A DNA stretch of 50,851 bases from contig CAYLLO010000005.1 of assembly GCA_964384805.1 (NCBI GenBank), positions 1-50,851 of the forward strand, given 5' to 3'. This document shows positions 31,879 to 40,934 of the stretch, one piece after another; position 1 is the first letter of the stretch, and each line of letters opens with the position of its first letter. The notes beneath the pieces were generated by a model. That model was not told where the DNA came from, ran no database searches, and saw only the letters and a program-made list of their open reading frames with translations. The stretch comes from an uncultured Staphylococcaceae bacterium (GTDB lineage: Bacteria; Bacillota_I; Bacilli_A; ML615J-28; CAG-313). A program made the position numbers and the translations under genes.

Positions 31879-32700
31879 TTACTTACCTATTGTTTGTTTG
31901 ACTGCACAAGTTCCAATTGATACAGCTTTTATTTTTTCAGGAGTCGTAGTAATACCAAGTTCTTCTTTTAACCAATCATAACCTTCACGGTCAATTTTTT
32001 CCATTAAGTCAAGTCCTCCACTACGAACAATTTGTCCATTCATTAGTACGTGAGTAAAATCTGGTTTAATGTAATCAAGTAATCTTTCATAATGCGTAAT
32101 TACTAAAGCCCCAAAGTTTTCACTCTTCATATCATTAACATTTTCTCCAACAATTCGTAAAGCATCAACATCAAGTCCGGAATCTATTTCATCTAAAATC
32201 GCAAATTTTGGTTTTAAAATCTTAAGTTGTAAAATTTCATTACGTTTCTTTTCTCCACCCGAAAAACCGACATTTACATAACGATGTGGTAAATCAGGGT
32301 TCATTTTTAATTCTGATGTTGCCCCTTCTAAGGCTTTAATGAATTTAAATAATGAAATTCTTTTACCTTCTTCAAGTCGTGCTTGCATTGCGGTTTTAAT
32401 AAATTCGGAGTTGGTTACACCTTCAATTTCACTTGGGTATTGCATAGCAAGAAATAACCCTTTGCGGCTTCTTTCATCAACACTCATTTTTAAAACATCT
32501 TCTCCATCAAGTAAGATTTGTCCTTTGGTTACTTCATACTTGTAGTGACCCATAATTGTTGCAGCAAGAGTTGATTTTCCTGTTCCATTAGGTCCCATAA
32601 TAACATGGAATTCATTAGTATTCATTTCCAAATTGACACCTTTTAAGATTTCTTTTCCTTCTACACTTACATGTAAATCAATAATTTGTAATTTTGACAT
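31879..32700 (-). CDS. sufC: Fe-S assembly ATPase SufC
   Basis: GPNGTGKST, FLAMQYP, GFSGGEKKRNEILQ, LDEIDSGLD; GAGGT RBS before ATG 32700. Confidence 0.96.
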   Translation of the reverse strand: MSKLQIIDLHVSVEGKEILKGVNLEMNTNEFHVIMGPNGTGKSTLAATIMGHYKYEVTKGQILLDGEDVLKMSVDERSRKGLFLAMQYPSEIEGVTNSEFIKTAMQARLEEGKRISLFKFIKALEGATSELKMNPDLPHRYVNVGFSGGEKKRNEILQLKILKPKFAILDEIDSGLDVDALRIVGENVNDMKSENFGALVITHYERLLDYIKPDFTHVLMNGQIVRSGGLDLMEKIDREGYDWLKEELGITTTPEKIKAVSIGTCAVKQTIGK

Positions 32701-32716
32701 TTTCATTACCTCTGGT

Positions 32717-33814
32717 TCAATTAATATTTTCTGCTTGTATGAAATCTAAATTATTAGATACATAAACTTGTTTATTATTAGTGACAATCACTGCTTCATA
32801 ATCTTCTAAAGAATTAATTAATGCTAATCCCTCATCTAATCCTAACGCAAATACCCCTGTCGACAAAGCATCAGCAATACTTGAATTTTCACCCATAATG
32901 GTGACTGAAACAATCTCATCACTACATGGATAACCATTCTTAGGATTTAAGATATGATGATATTTAACTCCTTGATAATTAATATATCGTTCATAAATCC
33001 CACTAGTTACTCCACCAGTATTTTCTTTAGGATAGTAATAACCGATATTCCCTGCCTCAAAGGGGTTATTTACATATAATTTAACCTCTTCGACTTTTTG
33101 CTTCGGTTCACCTTTTATTTTAACATTACCACCCATATTAATAATCGTGTACGAAAAATGATATTTTTCTAAATACTCACTCATTTTTTCGACTCCAAAA
33201 CCTTTACCTGTTGCCCCCAAATCCAATTTCATTCCCGTGATAGGTAAATATACCGTCTGTTCTTCTTTATCCATTTCCACTAATTGATAATTAACTAAAG
33301 GTAAAACTTCTTGAATTTCAGCCTCAGTAGGAATATGACAAAGCGATTCCATTGATTCTAAATCATCTCTACAATACTCTGCTCTACTAGAAATATTCCA
33401 AAGTTTACTTAAAACTCCGATAGTTGGATCAAATAATCCTTTTGTTGCTTTAGCCATATTTAAAGCTATTTCTAATAATTCTAAAAACGTATCTGAAACC
33501 GCGATTTTTTCTTTTCCACTATATTCATTTATTAACATTAGCGTAGATTTTTCAATTCCCGCCTCTAACATATATGGGGTTTGGTCAATAGAAAATTCTT
33601 TTTCAATATTTAACAATACCTCATCTAAACCTGCTAAAATCTCTGAAACTTGACTTTTAGAATAATCTTTAGTGTTATACTCGACAATAACATAGCCTAC
33701 AGTATCTAAATATCCATTATATTCATAGCGATAAAAGAGATTTTCTCCCCTCTTACAAGATGTTAGTAATAGTGAAACTACTAAAATAAGAGTACTTAAA
33801 AAGATTTTTTTCAT
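32717..33814 (-). CDS. apbE: FAD:protein FMN transferase lipoprotein
   Basis: Lipobox LTSC, FDPTIG, LDLGATGKG, TSGIYER, YHHILNPKNGYP, ADALST. Confidence 0.92.
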   Translation of the reverse strand: MKKIFLSTLILVVSLLLTSCKRGENLFYRYEYNGYLDTVGYVIVEYNTKDYSKSQVSEILAGLDEVLLNIEKEFSIDQTPYMLEAGIEKSTLMLINEYSGKEKIAVSDTFLELLEIALNMAKATKGLFDPTIGVLSKLWNISSRAEYCRDDLESMESLCHIPTEAEIQEVLPLVNYQLVEMDKEEQTVYLPITGMKLDLGATGKGFGVEKMSEYLEKYHFSYTIINMGGNVKIKGEPKQKVEEVKLYVNNPFEAGNIGYYYPKENTGGVTSGIYERYINYQGVKYHHILNPKNGYPCSDEIVSVTIMGENSSIADALSTGVFALGLDEGLALINSLEDYEAVIVTNNKQVYVSNNLDFIQAENIN

Positions 33815-33935
33815 ATTTTCCTTCCTTTTATATACTTATATTATTATACCATTTTTTTGATTAATTCGCATTTTATATGCATAAAAAAGATATCAAATCT
33901 TAACCTTCTTTTAATAAAGAAATAAAGTTAATAAT

Positions 33936-33966
33936 AAAAAGCCGAGCAGAAACTCTACCCGACTTA
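33936..33966 (-). terminator. Terminator after the SipW-type surface protein gene
   Basis: AAGTCGGGTAGA-GTT-TCTGCTCGGCTT-TTT with G-U pairs, which indicate minus-strand RNA. Confidence 0.75.
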
Positions 33967-34000
33967 GTTAAGTAATTTTTAAATAAGATCTTTTTATTAA

Positions 34001-36100
34001 TTAATTATTATCCACAATAAGACGACCGACAATATCATTCTTAATGTTTTTACCTGCATCTTCATCATTACAATTAGTAGTATCAGCAGTTACAGTTACA
34101 TTAGTAGCTTTATTTCCAGTAATAGTATTGTTTGTATATCCACAACCAACGATTTGACCAGCATCACGAGCAGCTGTTACTGTACAATCTTCAGCCGTAT
34201 TATTAGTTATTGTACAGTTTTTAGGATTAATGTATCCAACAATGGCTCCAGCCTTATCTCCACAACATTTTGAATCAAGATGTTTAGAAACAATCTTAGC
34301 ATTTTTTACAGTACATTCGGTAATAGTACCACGTTCCATATATCCAGCAATTACTCCAGCATATCCATACCCAGTTATTTGAGCACCATCAACAATTAAA
34401 TTTTTAATTGTTCCATTGTTCCATCCGAATAAACCTACACCATAATATCCAGTAACATCTGTTTGAGGAGCAGTAGCTTTTAAATTTTTAATTGTATGCC
34501 CATTACCATCAAATGTACCTGCAAATTGCCCTCCATAATAGTTAACTCCAATAGGTGTCCAATCTTCATTATTAAGATCAATATCAGCTACAAGTTTAGC
34601 TGTTTTTCCAGTGAAAGTATAATATGTGCCATCTTCTTCATTGGCCTTTTCCGCAAACCATTTGAAACCTTCTACATTAGAAATTTCATAAACACCATTG
34701 TTAAGAACAACACCTTCAGCAATATAGTCACCACCATTAAGTTTTAATGTTCCATAATTACGACCAATCATACCACCTGCTAAAGGAGCCTTAGCATTGT
34801 TATTACTTAAAGTTACAGTTGAAGCTATTGTACAATTATTAATAGCTGTTGTTCTCATATTAACTGTACCAATTAAATATCCTGCTTTAGCACCACCATT
34901 TTGGCGATTTTCTGTACAAGTAACAGAAGTATTACCCTTTACAGCACAATCATTCATTGTTACATTTCCATAAGTATGACCAATAAAGGCACCTGTAGAT
35001 TTGAAACCTCTAAATGTAACATTGTTTACAGTACAATTTGTGAAAGTAATATCAGCACTTCCACTATTATTTCCTTCAACTATACCAATAAACCCACCAA
35101 TATAACGACCATCTGTATCGTTTGTTGCATCTTTAGCAACTGTACCACCATCGATATGACAATTAGTAAAAGTATAACTTCCTCCACCATTAGCATTGGC
35201 AGCACCGACAACAACAGCCATACCACCACCATAGTTATTATCAGAAATATTTACATTTGTGAAAGTTAAATTTTTAAACTCATAATTTTTAGCAGGTAAA
35301 CTACCAAATAAGCAGCTAGGCATATTACTTAATACGTGCCCATTACCATCAAGAACAATATTAGCATGATTTGTTCCGCCATCTAGAGCAACCCAATTAC
35401 TCATATCGATATCATTTATTAATTGTGCCTTAACAGTTACACCATTGTTATAATTATTTAATGCTGCAGCAAGGTCTTTCGCATTGTTAATATAAATAGT
35501 ATCATTATCCACATCAATATCCGCATTTCCTTGAACTGCTTCTACTGTATAAGTTAATGTAACTTCTTTATCTTGATAATCATTTCCTGCTTCAGCTGGT
35601 AATTCAATTTCTACAATAATTTCTTGATCACCAGAATCAACTGCTAATGGTTCATAATTAGTTACTTTAGTTGTACCATCATATGTTGTTCCATTAATAG
35701 TTACTTTTAAAGCTTCAAATAATCCATTATTTTCTTCACATACAATAATAGTACGATATTTTACACTAATACTACTATTATTTTTTACAACAATTGTAAA
35801 TTTAACAGCATCTCCTGGAACTACATTATTTAATGTTACAGTTCCATCTTCTTTAAAAGATACTAATCCCCCAAACATATGGTTTAGACCTTGTTCGTAT
35901 TCAGTCTTTAATGCTTTAGTATAAATACTGCCTTCATCTACACTTGCGACTACATCTACTTTACCTGAAGTAATAGCTACATCAACTTTACTTTCAGATG
36001 TAAATAACGCATATGTTGCCCCAGCAATTATACTTACACAAAGTACAATTGTTAACATTGCTGAAACAACAACATTTCTTTTTAAAACGTTCTTTTTCAT
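34001..36100 (-). CDS. SipW-dependent (TasA/CalY-type) signal peptide surface protein with beta-helix/GLUG-like passenger
   Basis: AGATYALFTS..SGKVDV signal, NVVPGD and AGNDYQ..AVQ TasA-like domain, GTFDGNGHTIKNL and repeated GxIVG motifs; AGAAAGGA RBS before ATG 36100. Confidence 0.8.
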   Translation of the reverse strand: MKKNVLKRNVVVSAMLTIVLCVSIIAGATYALFTSESKVDVAITSGKVDVVASVDEGSIYTKALKTEYEQGLNHMFGGLVSFKEDGTVTLNNVVPGDAVKFTIVVKNNSSISVKYRTIIVCEENNGLFEALKVTINGTTYDGTTKVTNYEPLAVDSGDQEIIVEIELPAEAGNDYQDKEVTLTYTVEAVQGNADIDVDNDTIYINNAKDLAAALNNYNNGVTVKAQLINDIDMSNWVALDGGTNHANIVLDGNGHVLSNMPSCLFGSLPAKNYEFKNLTFTNVNISDNNYGGGMAVVVGAANANGGGSYTFTNCHIDGGTVAKDATNDTDGRYIGGFIGIVEGNNSGSADITFTNCTVNNVTFRGFKSTGAFIGHTYGNVTMNDCAVKGNTSVTCTENRQNGGAKAGYLIGTVNMRTTAINNCTIASTVTLSNNNAKAPLAGGMIGRNYGTLKLNGGDYIAEGVVLNNGVYEISNVEGFKWFAEKANEEDGTYYTFTGKTAKLVADIDLNNEDWTPIGVNYYGGQFAGTFDGNGHTIKNLKATAPQTDVTGYYGVGLFGWNNGTIKNLIVDGAQITGYGYAGVIAGYMERGTITECTVKNAKIVSKHLDSKCCGDKAGAIVGYINPKNCTITNNTAEDCTVTAARDAGQIVGCGYTNNTITGNKATNVTVTADTTNCNDEDAGKNIKNDIVGRLIVDNN

Positions 36101-36129
36101 TTTCTTTTTTTCCTTTCTTCTTAGTTTAC

Positions 36130-36257
36130 AAAGGTACACGTTTATATACTATTTAAAAACAATTTAATACTTAAAATTTTTAGTTAAATAATTAAAATTA
36201 TTTGCATTTTTATGCTTATTATAGTATAATATGAGTAGTACATAAACGTGTACCTTT
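36130..36257. repeat. 22-bp inverted repeats (1 mismatch) flanking a promoter; candidate invertible element
   Basis: AAAGGTACACGTTTATaTACTA (36130-36151) versus TAGTAcATAAACGTGTACCTTT (36236-36257). Confidence 0.85.
36202..36230 (+). promoter_or_regulatory. sigma-A promoter inside the inverted-repeat segment, pointing away from the adjacent gene
   Basis: TTGCAT-17bp-TATAAT. Confidence 0.7.
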
Positions 36258-36379
36258 ATGGAATAAGAGAATTAAATTAAGTATTTTATTTATTTCCTTC
36301 TCTTATACTATTACATCTATATACGAGTGATTTAATACTAAACTTTCAAACATTAACACTAGTTCTTTTGAAGTAAAAC

Positions 36380-36434
36380 CCTTTCTTGCATTATATCGCA
36401 CTTTTAGTGTGTCCAAGGAATGAGGTACATTTCA
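36380..36434 (-). mobile_element. Possible IS3-family left-end remnant without transposase
   Basis: TGAAATGTACCTCATTCCTTGGACAC resembles IS150/IS861-type terminal repeats, followed by TATAAT and AGAAAGG. Confidence 0.45.
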
Positions 36435-36647
36435 TTGGGGCTAGTATTTTATTTTGTATTATTACCATAACAAAAGAATTAAGAGTAAATTAAAAGACTG
36501 AGACCTATTAAATTTAGAACTCAATCCTATAGTTTTTTTAATTCTTTTAGAGTTTACTTCAAAAATTGTTTCACCACTAAAGTTTTTGCTAAACTTCCAA
36601 CCAAATTATTTTGCTCCCCATAGACATAGTTTTTTTAAGATAAATAT

Positions 36648-37442
36648 TTATGCTATTTCTAAATTAGCTCCTACATTTATCCAAAGCGCTACAAGTTCTT
36701 CTTCCCGTAAAACAACATAAACTTTATCCATAATCTCAATAACATCATCTATAAGTTCGGTCTTTTTATTACCGAAACATAACCACCCAGTTTTTTTATC
36801 GTAAAAAGTATCTTGATGGCGCATACATTTAAATACTGTTTTGTCAGTTAATTTGTAACTTGGGGCATCCATATATATTTGTCCTTTAATAGCCTCTGGC
36901 GCTTTTAATTTTCTTTTGAGCCATACAGAACATGGTGCCATACCACCTATACCTTCTACTTGTTTCGTATTAGGATTAACAAGTAACCCAGCACAAGTGA
37001 CTCCCAAGTTAATTTCTACATATCCAGAAATATCTTTATCAAATACCCGTTTTTTTAAATCAAAAGTAACCTTATCTAATTTTTTTTCTGGAGTTTCCAT
37101 GTATGAGAACTTCAGTTTTTTTGAATCATCTATTTCATAAATTTTTTTTCGTTTTTGTTCTCTAATTGCATTAATCAAAATTTCAGTTTCTTCCTGCAAA
37201 TTATATATTTCTTTTCTAACTTGTTTCTTAGAAAAATATGAACTATACCAGCTTGAGGCTATAAATAAAACTATTAAGAAGATAGCCAGAATTAAAACAC
37301 TAATTTTTAGGTCTTGGTATATTGTTAACCACACTAGGACTACCGATAATCCAATTCCTAAAACGGTGTTAAAAATTGGAAATAACAACTTTGGTTTATG
37401 TTTTTCATATGTTTCTTCTAAAAACTGTCTATCACTTTTCAT
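36648..37442 (-). CDS. Hypothetical protein with two N-terminal TM helices and a soluble C-terminal domain
   Basis: 264 aa ORF, ATGA overlap with the upstream gene. Confidence 0.78.
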   Translation of the reverse strand: MKSDRQFLEETYEKHKPKLLFPIFNTVLGIGLSVVLVWLTIYQDLKISVLILAIFLIVLFIASSWYSSYFSKKQVRKEIYNLQEETEILINAIREQKRKKIYEIDDSKKLKFSYMETPEKKLDKVTFDLKKRVFDKDISGYVEINLGVTCAGLLVNPNTKQVEGIGGMAPCSVWLKRKLKAPEAIKGQIYMDAPSYKLTDKTVFKCMRHQDTFYDKKTGWLCFGNKKTELIDDVIEIMDKVYVVLREEELVALWINVGANLEIA

Positions 37443-37882
37443 TTTGAATCACCACATAATATCCATACAATTGGCATTAGAAAGAATAATACCCAGTTCC
37501 AACTCCAAATATGCAACATAAAACCAGTAACAAAATATGCGGCTAAAATTAATAAACATAGCACTGATGATATTGCCTTTTTAGGGTAAGTGAATTTTAT
37601 ATTTAAAACAATACTAACAACAGGAATAGCTAAAAAGAAAGCCCAATTCCAATGCCAAGCATCTAATAAAAAACCTGTTAAGAAAAATGCAATTAATACC
37701 ACAAAAGGGGTAATACCTATAATCTTGTTTTTAATTTTTTTCCAAGTGCTTTTCTTTTTGTTTACTTTATAACCATCTTCTTTGTGAATATTGATACCTA
37801 ATTTGGCTGCTGTTTCAGCATCTAGAGTATCAAAATCTACCTCCATTTCTTCACCATTTACATTAATTGTTATTTTACTCAT
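37439..37882 (-). CDS. Hypothetical membrane protein with duplicated W-x-W-N-W hairpin
   Basis: FFLTGFLLDAWHWNWAFFLAIPV and YFVTGFMLHIWSWNWVLFFLMPI internal repeat; GGAGG RBS. Confidence 0.8.
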   Translation of the reverse strand: MSKITINVNGEEMEVDFDTLDAETAAKLGINIHKEDGYKVNKKKSTWKKIKNKIIGITPFVVLIAFFLTGFLLDAWHWNWAFFLAIPVVSIVLNIKFTYPKKAISSVLCLLILAAYFVTGFMLHIWSWNWVLFFLMPIVWILCGDSK

Positions 37883-37892
37883 AAAACTCCTC

Positions 37893-38489
37893 CTATAACT
37901 TTACTATTTTTTCTACTTTAGCTTTAGAACTAATATTTAATAAACCTGAATATTCAATTATTCCAACTTTACATCCAGTCTCAATCGTAATATTTTCTCC
38001 GCATACACGTTCTACATTAACATCTTTAAGGCAAATAGTTGTTGCTTCAATCTCTTTAATGCTAAGATTTTTAACAACATCGTGGAAAAATTCGTTTATG
38101 AAATTTCCGTTACTATTAATATATATTTCATCTCCATATACATTTTCAAATGATCCATTAGTAATTGTTGCTTTAAGAATATCGGTGTTAATATCCCCTT
38201 CAACAACTAAGCTGCCTGAGGCGGTAAAGTTTTCAGCTTCTACGCTTCCTTCAATCCGTGCTGCTCCTGCCATTTTTATTTCTTCAGCTTTTAAATTACC
38301 CTCTAATTTGACTGATCCACTTGCTTTGAATATTTTGGCTTCCATTGATGAGTCAATAGAGGTTGCTCCACTACTCTTAAAGGTATTACATTTAACAAAT
38401 CCTTTAACTTTTCCACTTCCAGCAATTGATACTTCATCATATTCTCCTCCAAGGACAATTCCAACACCCGCTATTTTAATACTTTCCAT
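37893..38489 (-). CDS. YhbE/YhbF-like bactofilin (polymer-forming beta-helix)
   Basis: GGEYDEVSIAGSGKV, repeated SGSVKLEGNLKAE-type units, IEATTICL, GENITIETGCKV. Confidence 0.78.
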   Translation of the reverse strand: MESIKIAGVGIVLGGEYDEVSIAGSGKVKGFVKCNTFKSSGATSIDSSMEAKIFKASGSVKLEGNLKAEEIKMAGAARIEGSVEAENFTASGSLVVEGDINTDILKATITNGSFENVYGDEIYINSNGNFINEFFHDVVKNLSIKEIEATTICLKDVNVERVCGENITIETGCKVGIIEYSGLLNISSKAKVEKIVKL

Positions 38490-38502
38490 TTAATATGCTC
38501 TC

Positions 38503-39078
38503 CTATTCCTTAAGGCTTGAAGCAAGTTTACTTACTACATCCTCAATATTTATTTTCTTATATATATTTAAATTTTTATCAATAATTATATTTTCTGGAC
38601 CTATAACAATAAAGAAAGAACCATTATATAATATATAGAAAAAACAATTCATATCTTGAATATGCTTAAAATCAATATCTAAATAATCTTCAAAATTAAC
38701 AAGTTCTTTATAATCTGAAAAAATTGATAAAATCGCAAGTTCTGAAATACTAAATGTATCATCATTTTTAATGCTATACATTTTTAAAATGAACGGATCT
38801 ATTTCTTTTAAAACAATAACCTCTCTTAATGAAAATTTACGACCTTCAATACTCGGATTAAAAAACTCTTTGAGTTCTTCTAGTTGATATTTATCTTTTA
38901 ATTCTAAAATTTTTTCTATCCTAGGAATTATTAAACTCCTCTTAAAAAATGTTTCTTGCCCTGTGGAAACAGCTTGTTTGTTAAACCACTCATCTGGTAT
39001 TAACCCTTCTCTTTTCCAACGATATAATTGTCCATAAGAAATATTCATTTCTTTTAATAAATCTTTCTTTGAAATCAT
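38503..39078 (-). CDS. YhbD/DUF4004 MerR-like DNA-binding protein
   Basis: ISKKDLLKEMNISYGQLYRWKREGLIPDEWF...TGQETFF. Confidence 0.88.
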   Translation of the reverse strand: MISKKDLLKEMNISYGQLYRWKREGLIPDEWFNKQAVSTGQETFFKRSLIIPRIEKILELKDKYQLEELKEFFNPSIEGRKFSLREVIVLKEIDPFILKMYSIKNDDTFSISELAILSIFSDYKELVNFEDYLDIDFKHIQDMNCFFYILYNGSFFIVIGPENIIIDKNLNIYKKINIEDVVSKLASSLKE

Positions 39079-39100
39079 ATATACCTCACTTTATACTAAT

Positions 39101-39132
39101 ATTATAGCAAAACATTGTTACGTTGTCAATGT
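39101..39132 (-). promoter_or_regulatory. Consensus promoter with overlapping dyad
   Basis: TTGACA-17-TATAAT with TG extension; ACATTG-N9-CAATGT dyad (39112-39132) over the -35. Confidence 0.75.
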
Positions 39133-39335
39133 AAATAATAAAATAAAGTTATAATATCAAAAATAATGGTTAAACAAAGAATACATTTTTAATAAATAAA
39201 ACAAGTCCATCAGCAATTTAGACTGTACTTACGTCATTTGTCTTGATGGACTATTGTTTATTATTTTAGTAATATATATATATATATATCATTAAAAGAA
39301 CTCTTTATAAACATAGAAGTAAATAAAAAACTTAA

Positions 39336-40664
39336 CTATTTTAAATAATAACCTCCTGTTTTTTTGGAACCTTTATATTCAATGCAGGTAAATAAATTTC
39401 TTTTAATTTCATTTCTTACCTTATCAGAGTTAGCGATTAAATCTTTCGTTTGTAATTTTTCTACTATTTCTGGAACTTTTATACCTGGAAACTCTTTAAT
39501 CAACTTCAAAACTTCTAACCCAAAATCACTAATATTAGCTTTTATTTGGTCATTTATTCGGTCATTTATTTGGTCATTTTCAGAATTTAAATTAGGTAAG
39601 ATAACAGTAAAAAAATTTTCTGTAGCTTTAAATTGGGGCTTTTTAGTTGAATCATTATAAGCTAATATTGTTCTTGGAATTCCAGTTCCATAGCTTTCAA
39701 TATAATTAAGTTTATCTAAGATATGAACTAGTTTAGGATTCCTGTATGTCTGAACCCCATTCATAATATCTTCCATTGTGGCATTAAAAATACCTCCAGG
39801 ATTAGTAACTTTTACTTCATTTGGAAAAAACTCAATTTTAATATTCGACCTAATAAAATAATCAGTATGACAAAAGGCGTTTAATATAATTTCTCTTAAT
39901 GAGGCTCCCGGATATGATTTAGTTTCTATTCTTTCAAATGTTTCCCCATTAATTATTGCTGATACATCATTTAGCCTATTTGCTTGTTCTTCTACATTTT
40001 CAAATATTTTGATTAATGAACCAGTAAATTCCTTTTTAATTTTAAAATTTAAGTTTTTATCATATTCTGCTAATTTAACGACTAAATCTGATTGATCAGA
40101 TAATAAATAAGCTAAATTCGTATATTGACCATTTTTATTTATAAGACCTAAAGATATTTGTTCTCTAGATGTAAAATCAATTTCCTTTTCTTCAAAAACA
40201 TTTGTTAAATACTTAAAAGTAAGATTTTGTTCATCTGAAATATCATTTTCATAAATATATCTTTTAGAATCCAAAATCATTTTTAGTATTTCTTCTTCTG
40301 TGGCTTTTCTTTTACTACTTCCTACTCGTTTATAAACACCAGATGGTTTTGGACCTTTTTCTTTTAAATAATATGGTTTATTGGTCCCTTCAAATACTTG
40401 TATAATCAATATTCCGTTATCATCAAATGAATGTTTAATTAAGCCAAATGTTGATGGGTATATAGCATCTTCCATCCAATTTCCAATTTTTAGATCTATT
40501 TCATCTCTTTCAATTGTATCAAATGATTTATAAATAGTTTTATCATCACTTATCCCTACCAAAATTTTTCCTCCTAAAGTGTTCAAAAATGCAATTATTT
40601 CATTTTTAATGTCATCTGTAAATTCTCTTTTGTACTCGATATTTAAACTTTCATCTTTATTCAT
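39336..40664 (-). CDS. Schlafen/AlbA_2 domain + RecG-C-like (HATPase_c_4) + C-terminal winged HTH protein
   Basis: DESLNIEYKREF, IIAFLNTLGG, YKRVGSS; REIILNAFCHTDY, NPGG, RNPKL, IESYGTGI; C-terminal IEYKGSKKTGGY; GGAGGT RBS before ATG 40664. Confidence 0.88.
   Translation of the reverse strand: MNKDESLNIEYKREFTDDIKNEIIAFLNTLGGKILVGISDDKTIYKSFDTIERDEIDLKIGNWMEDAIYPSTFGLIKHSFDDNGILIIQVFEGTNKPYYLKEKGPKPSGVYKRVGSSKRKATEEEILKMILDSKRYIYENDISDEQNLTFKYLTNVFEEKEIDFTSREQISLGLINKNGQYTNLAYLLSDQSDLVVKLAEYDKNLNFKIKKEFTGSLIKIFENVEEQANRLNDVSAIINGETFERIETKSYPGASLREIILNAFCHTDYFIRSNIKIEFFPNEVKVTNPGGIFNATMEDIMNGVQTYRNPKLVHILDKLNYIESYGTGIPRTILAYNDSTKKPQFKATENFFTVILPNLNSENDQINDRINDQIKANISDFGLEVLKLIKEFPGIKVPEIVEKLQTKDLIANSDKVRNEIKRNLFTCIEYKGSKKTGGYYLK
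39541..39579 (-). repeat. In-frame 12-bp tandem repeat x3 (NDQI NDRI NDQI)
   Basis: TTTATTTGGTCA TTTATTCGGTCA TTTATTTGGTCA TTT. Confidence 0.9.
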
Positions 40665-40677
40665 AATATAACCTCCA

Positions 40678-40728
40678 TATTTGGTCATTTATTAAATAGA
40701 TTATATCATATTGACCAAATAAATTCAA
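40678..40728 (-). promoter_or_regulatory. Promoter of the AlbA gene with inverted operator-like sites
   Basis: TTGAAT-17-TATAAT with TG extension; TATTTGGTCA in the spacer and its complement TGACCAAATA between -10 and RBS. Confidence 0.8.
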
Positions 40729-40856
40729 GTAACTTTAAAGCAATACTTAAATATATTTTTAACTTTTTAATCTTTTTTATGTTTTTATAAATTATAATAT
40801 ATTGATAGATAACTTTAATTTTTATAATATTTTTTCTTCTATAAATTTATACTATA

Positions 40857-40890
40857 CAAAAATTGTCCTAGTTTACCACTAGGACCTTAT
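40857..40890 (-). terminator. Terminator of the mnmG-rsmG-soj-DUF951 operon
   Basis: GTCCTAG-N7-CTAGGAC followed by AATTTTTG. Confidence 0.7.
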
Positions 40891-40934
40891 TCATATCATT
40901 AGACATTCCATATATTTATGTCATAATATTTATT

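Noticed and set aside
36460-36630. Frameshifted KII-GWKFSKNF peptide as an IS3 integrase remnant
   Set aside because: Too short and degenerate to support by eye, and on the wrong side of the putative left end.
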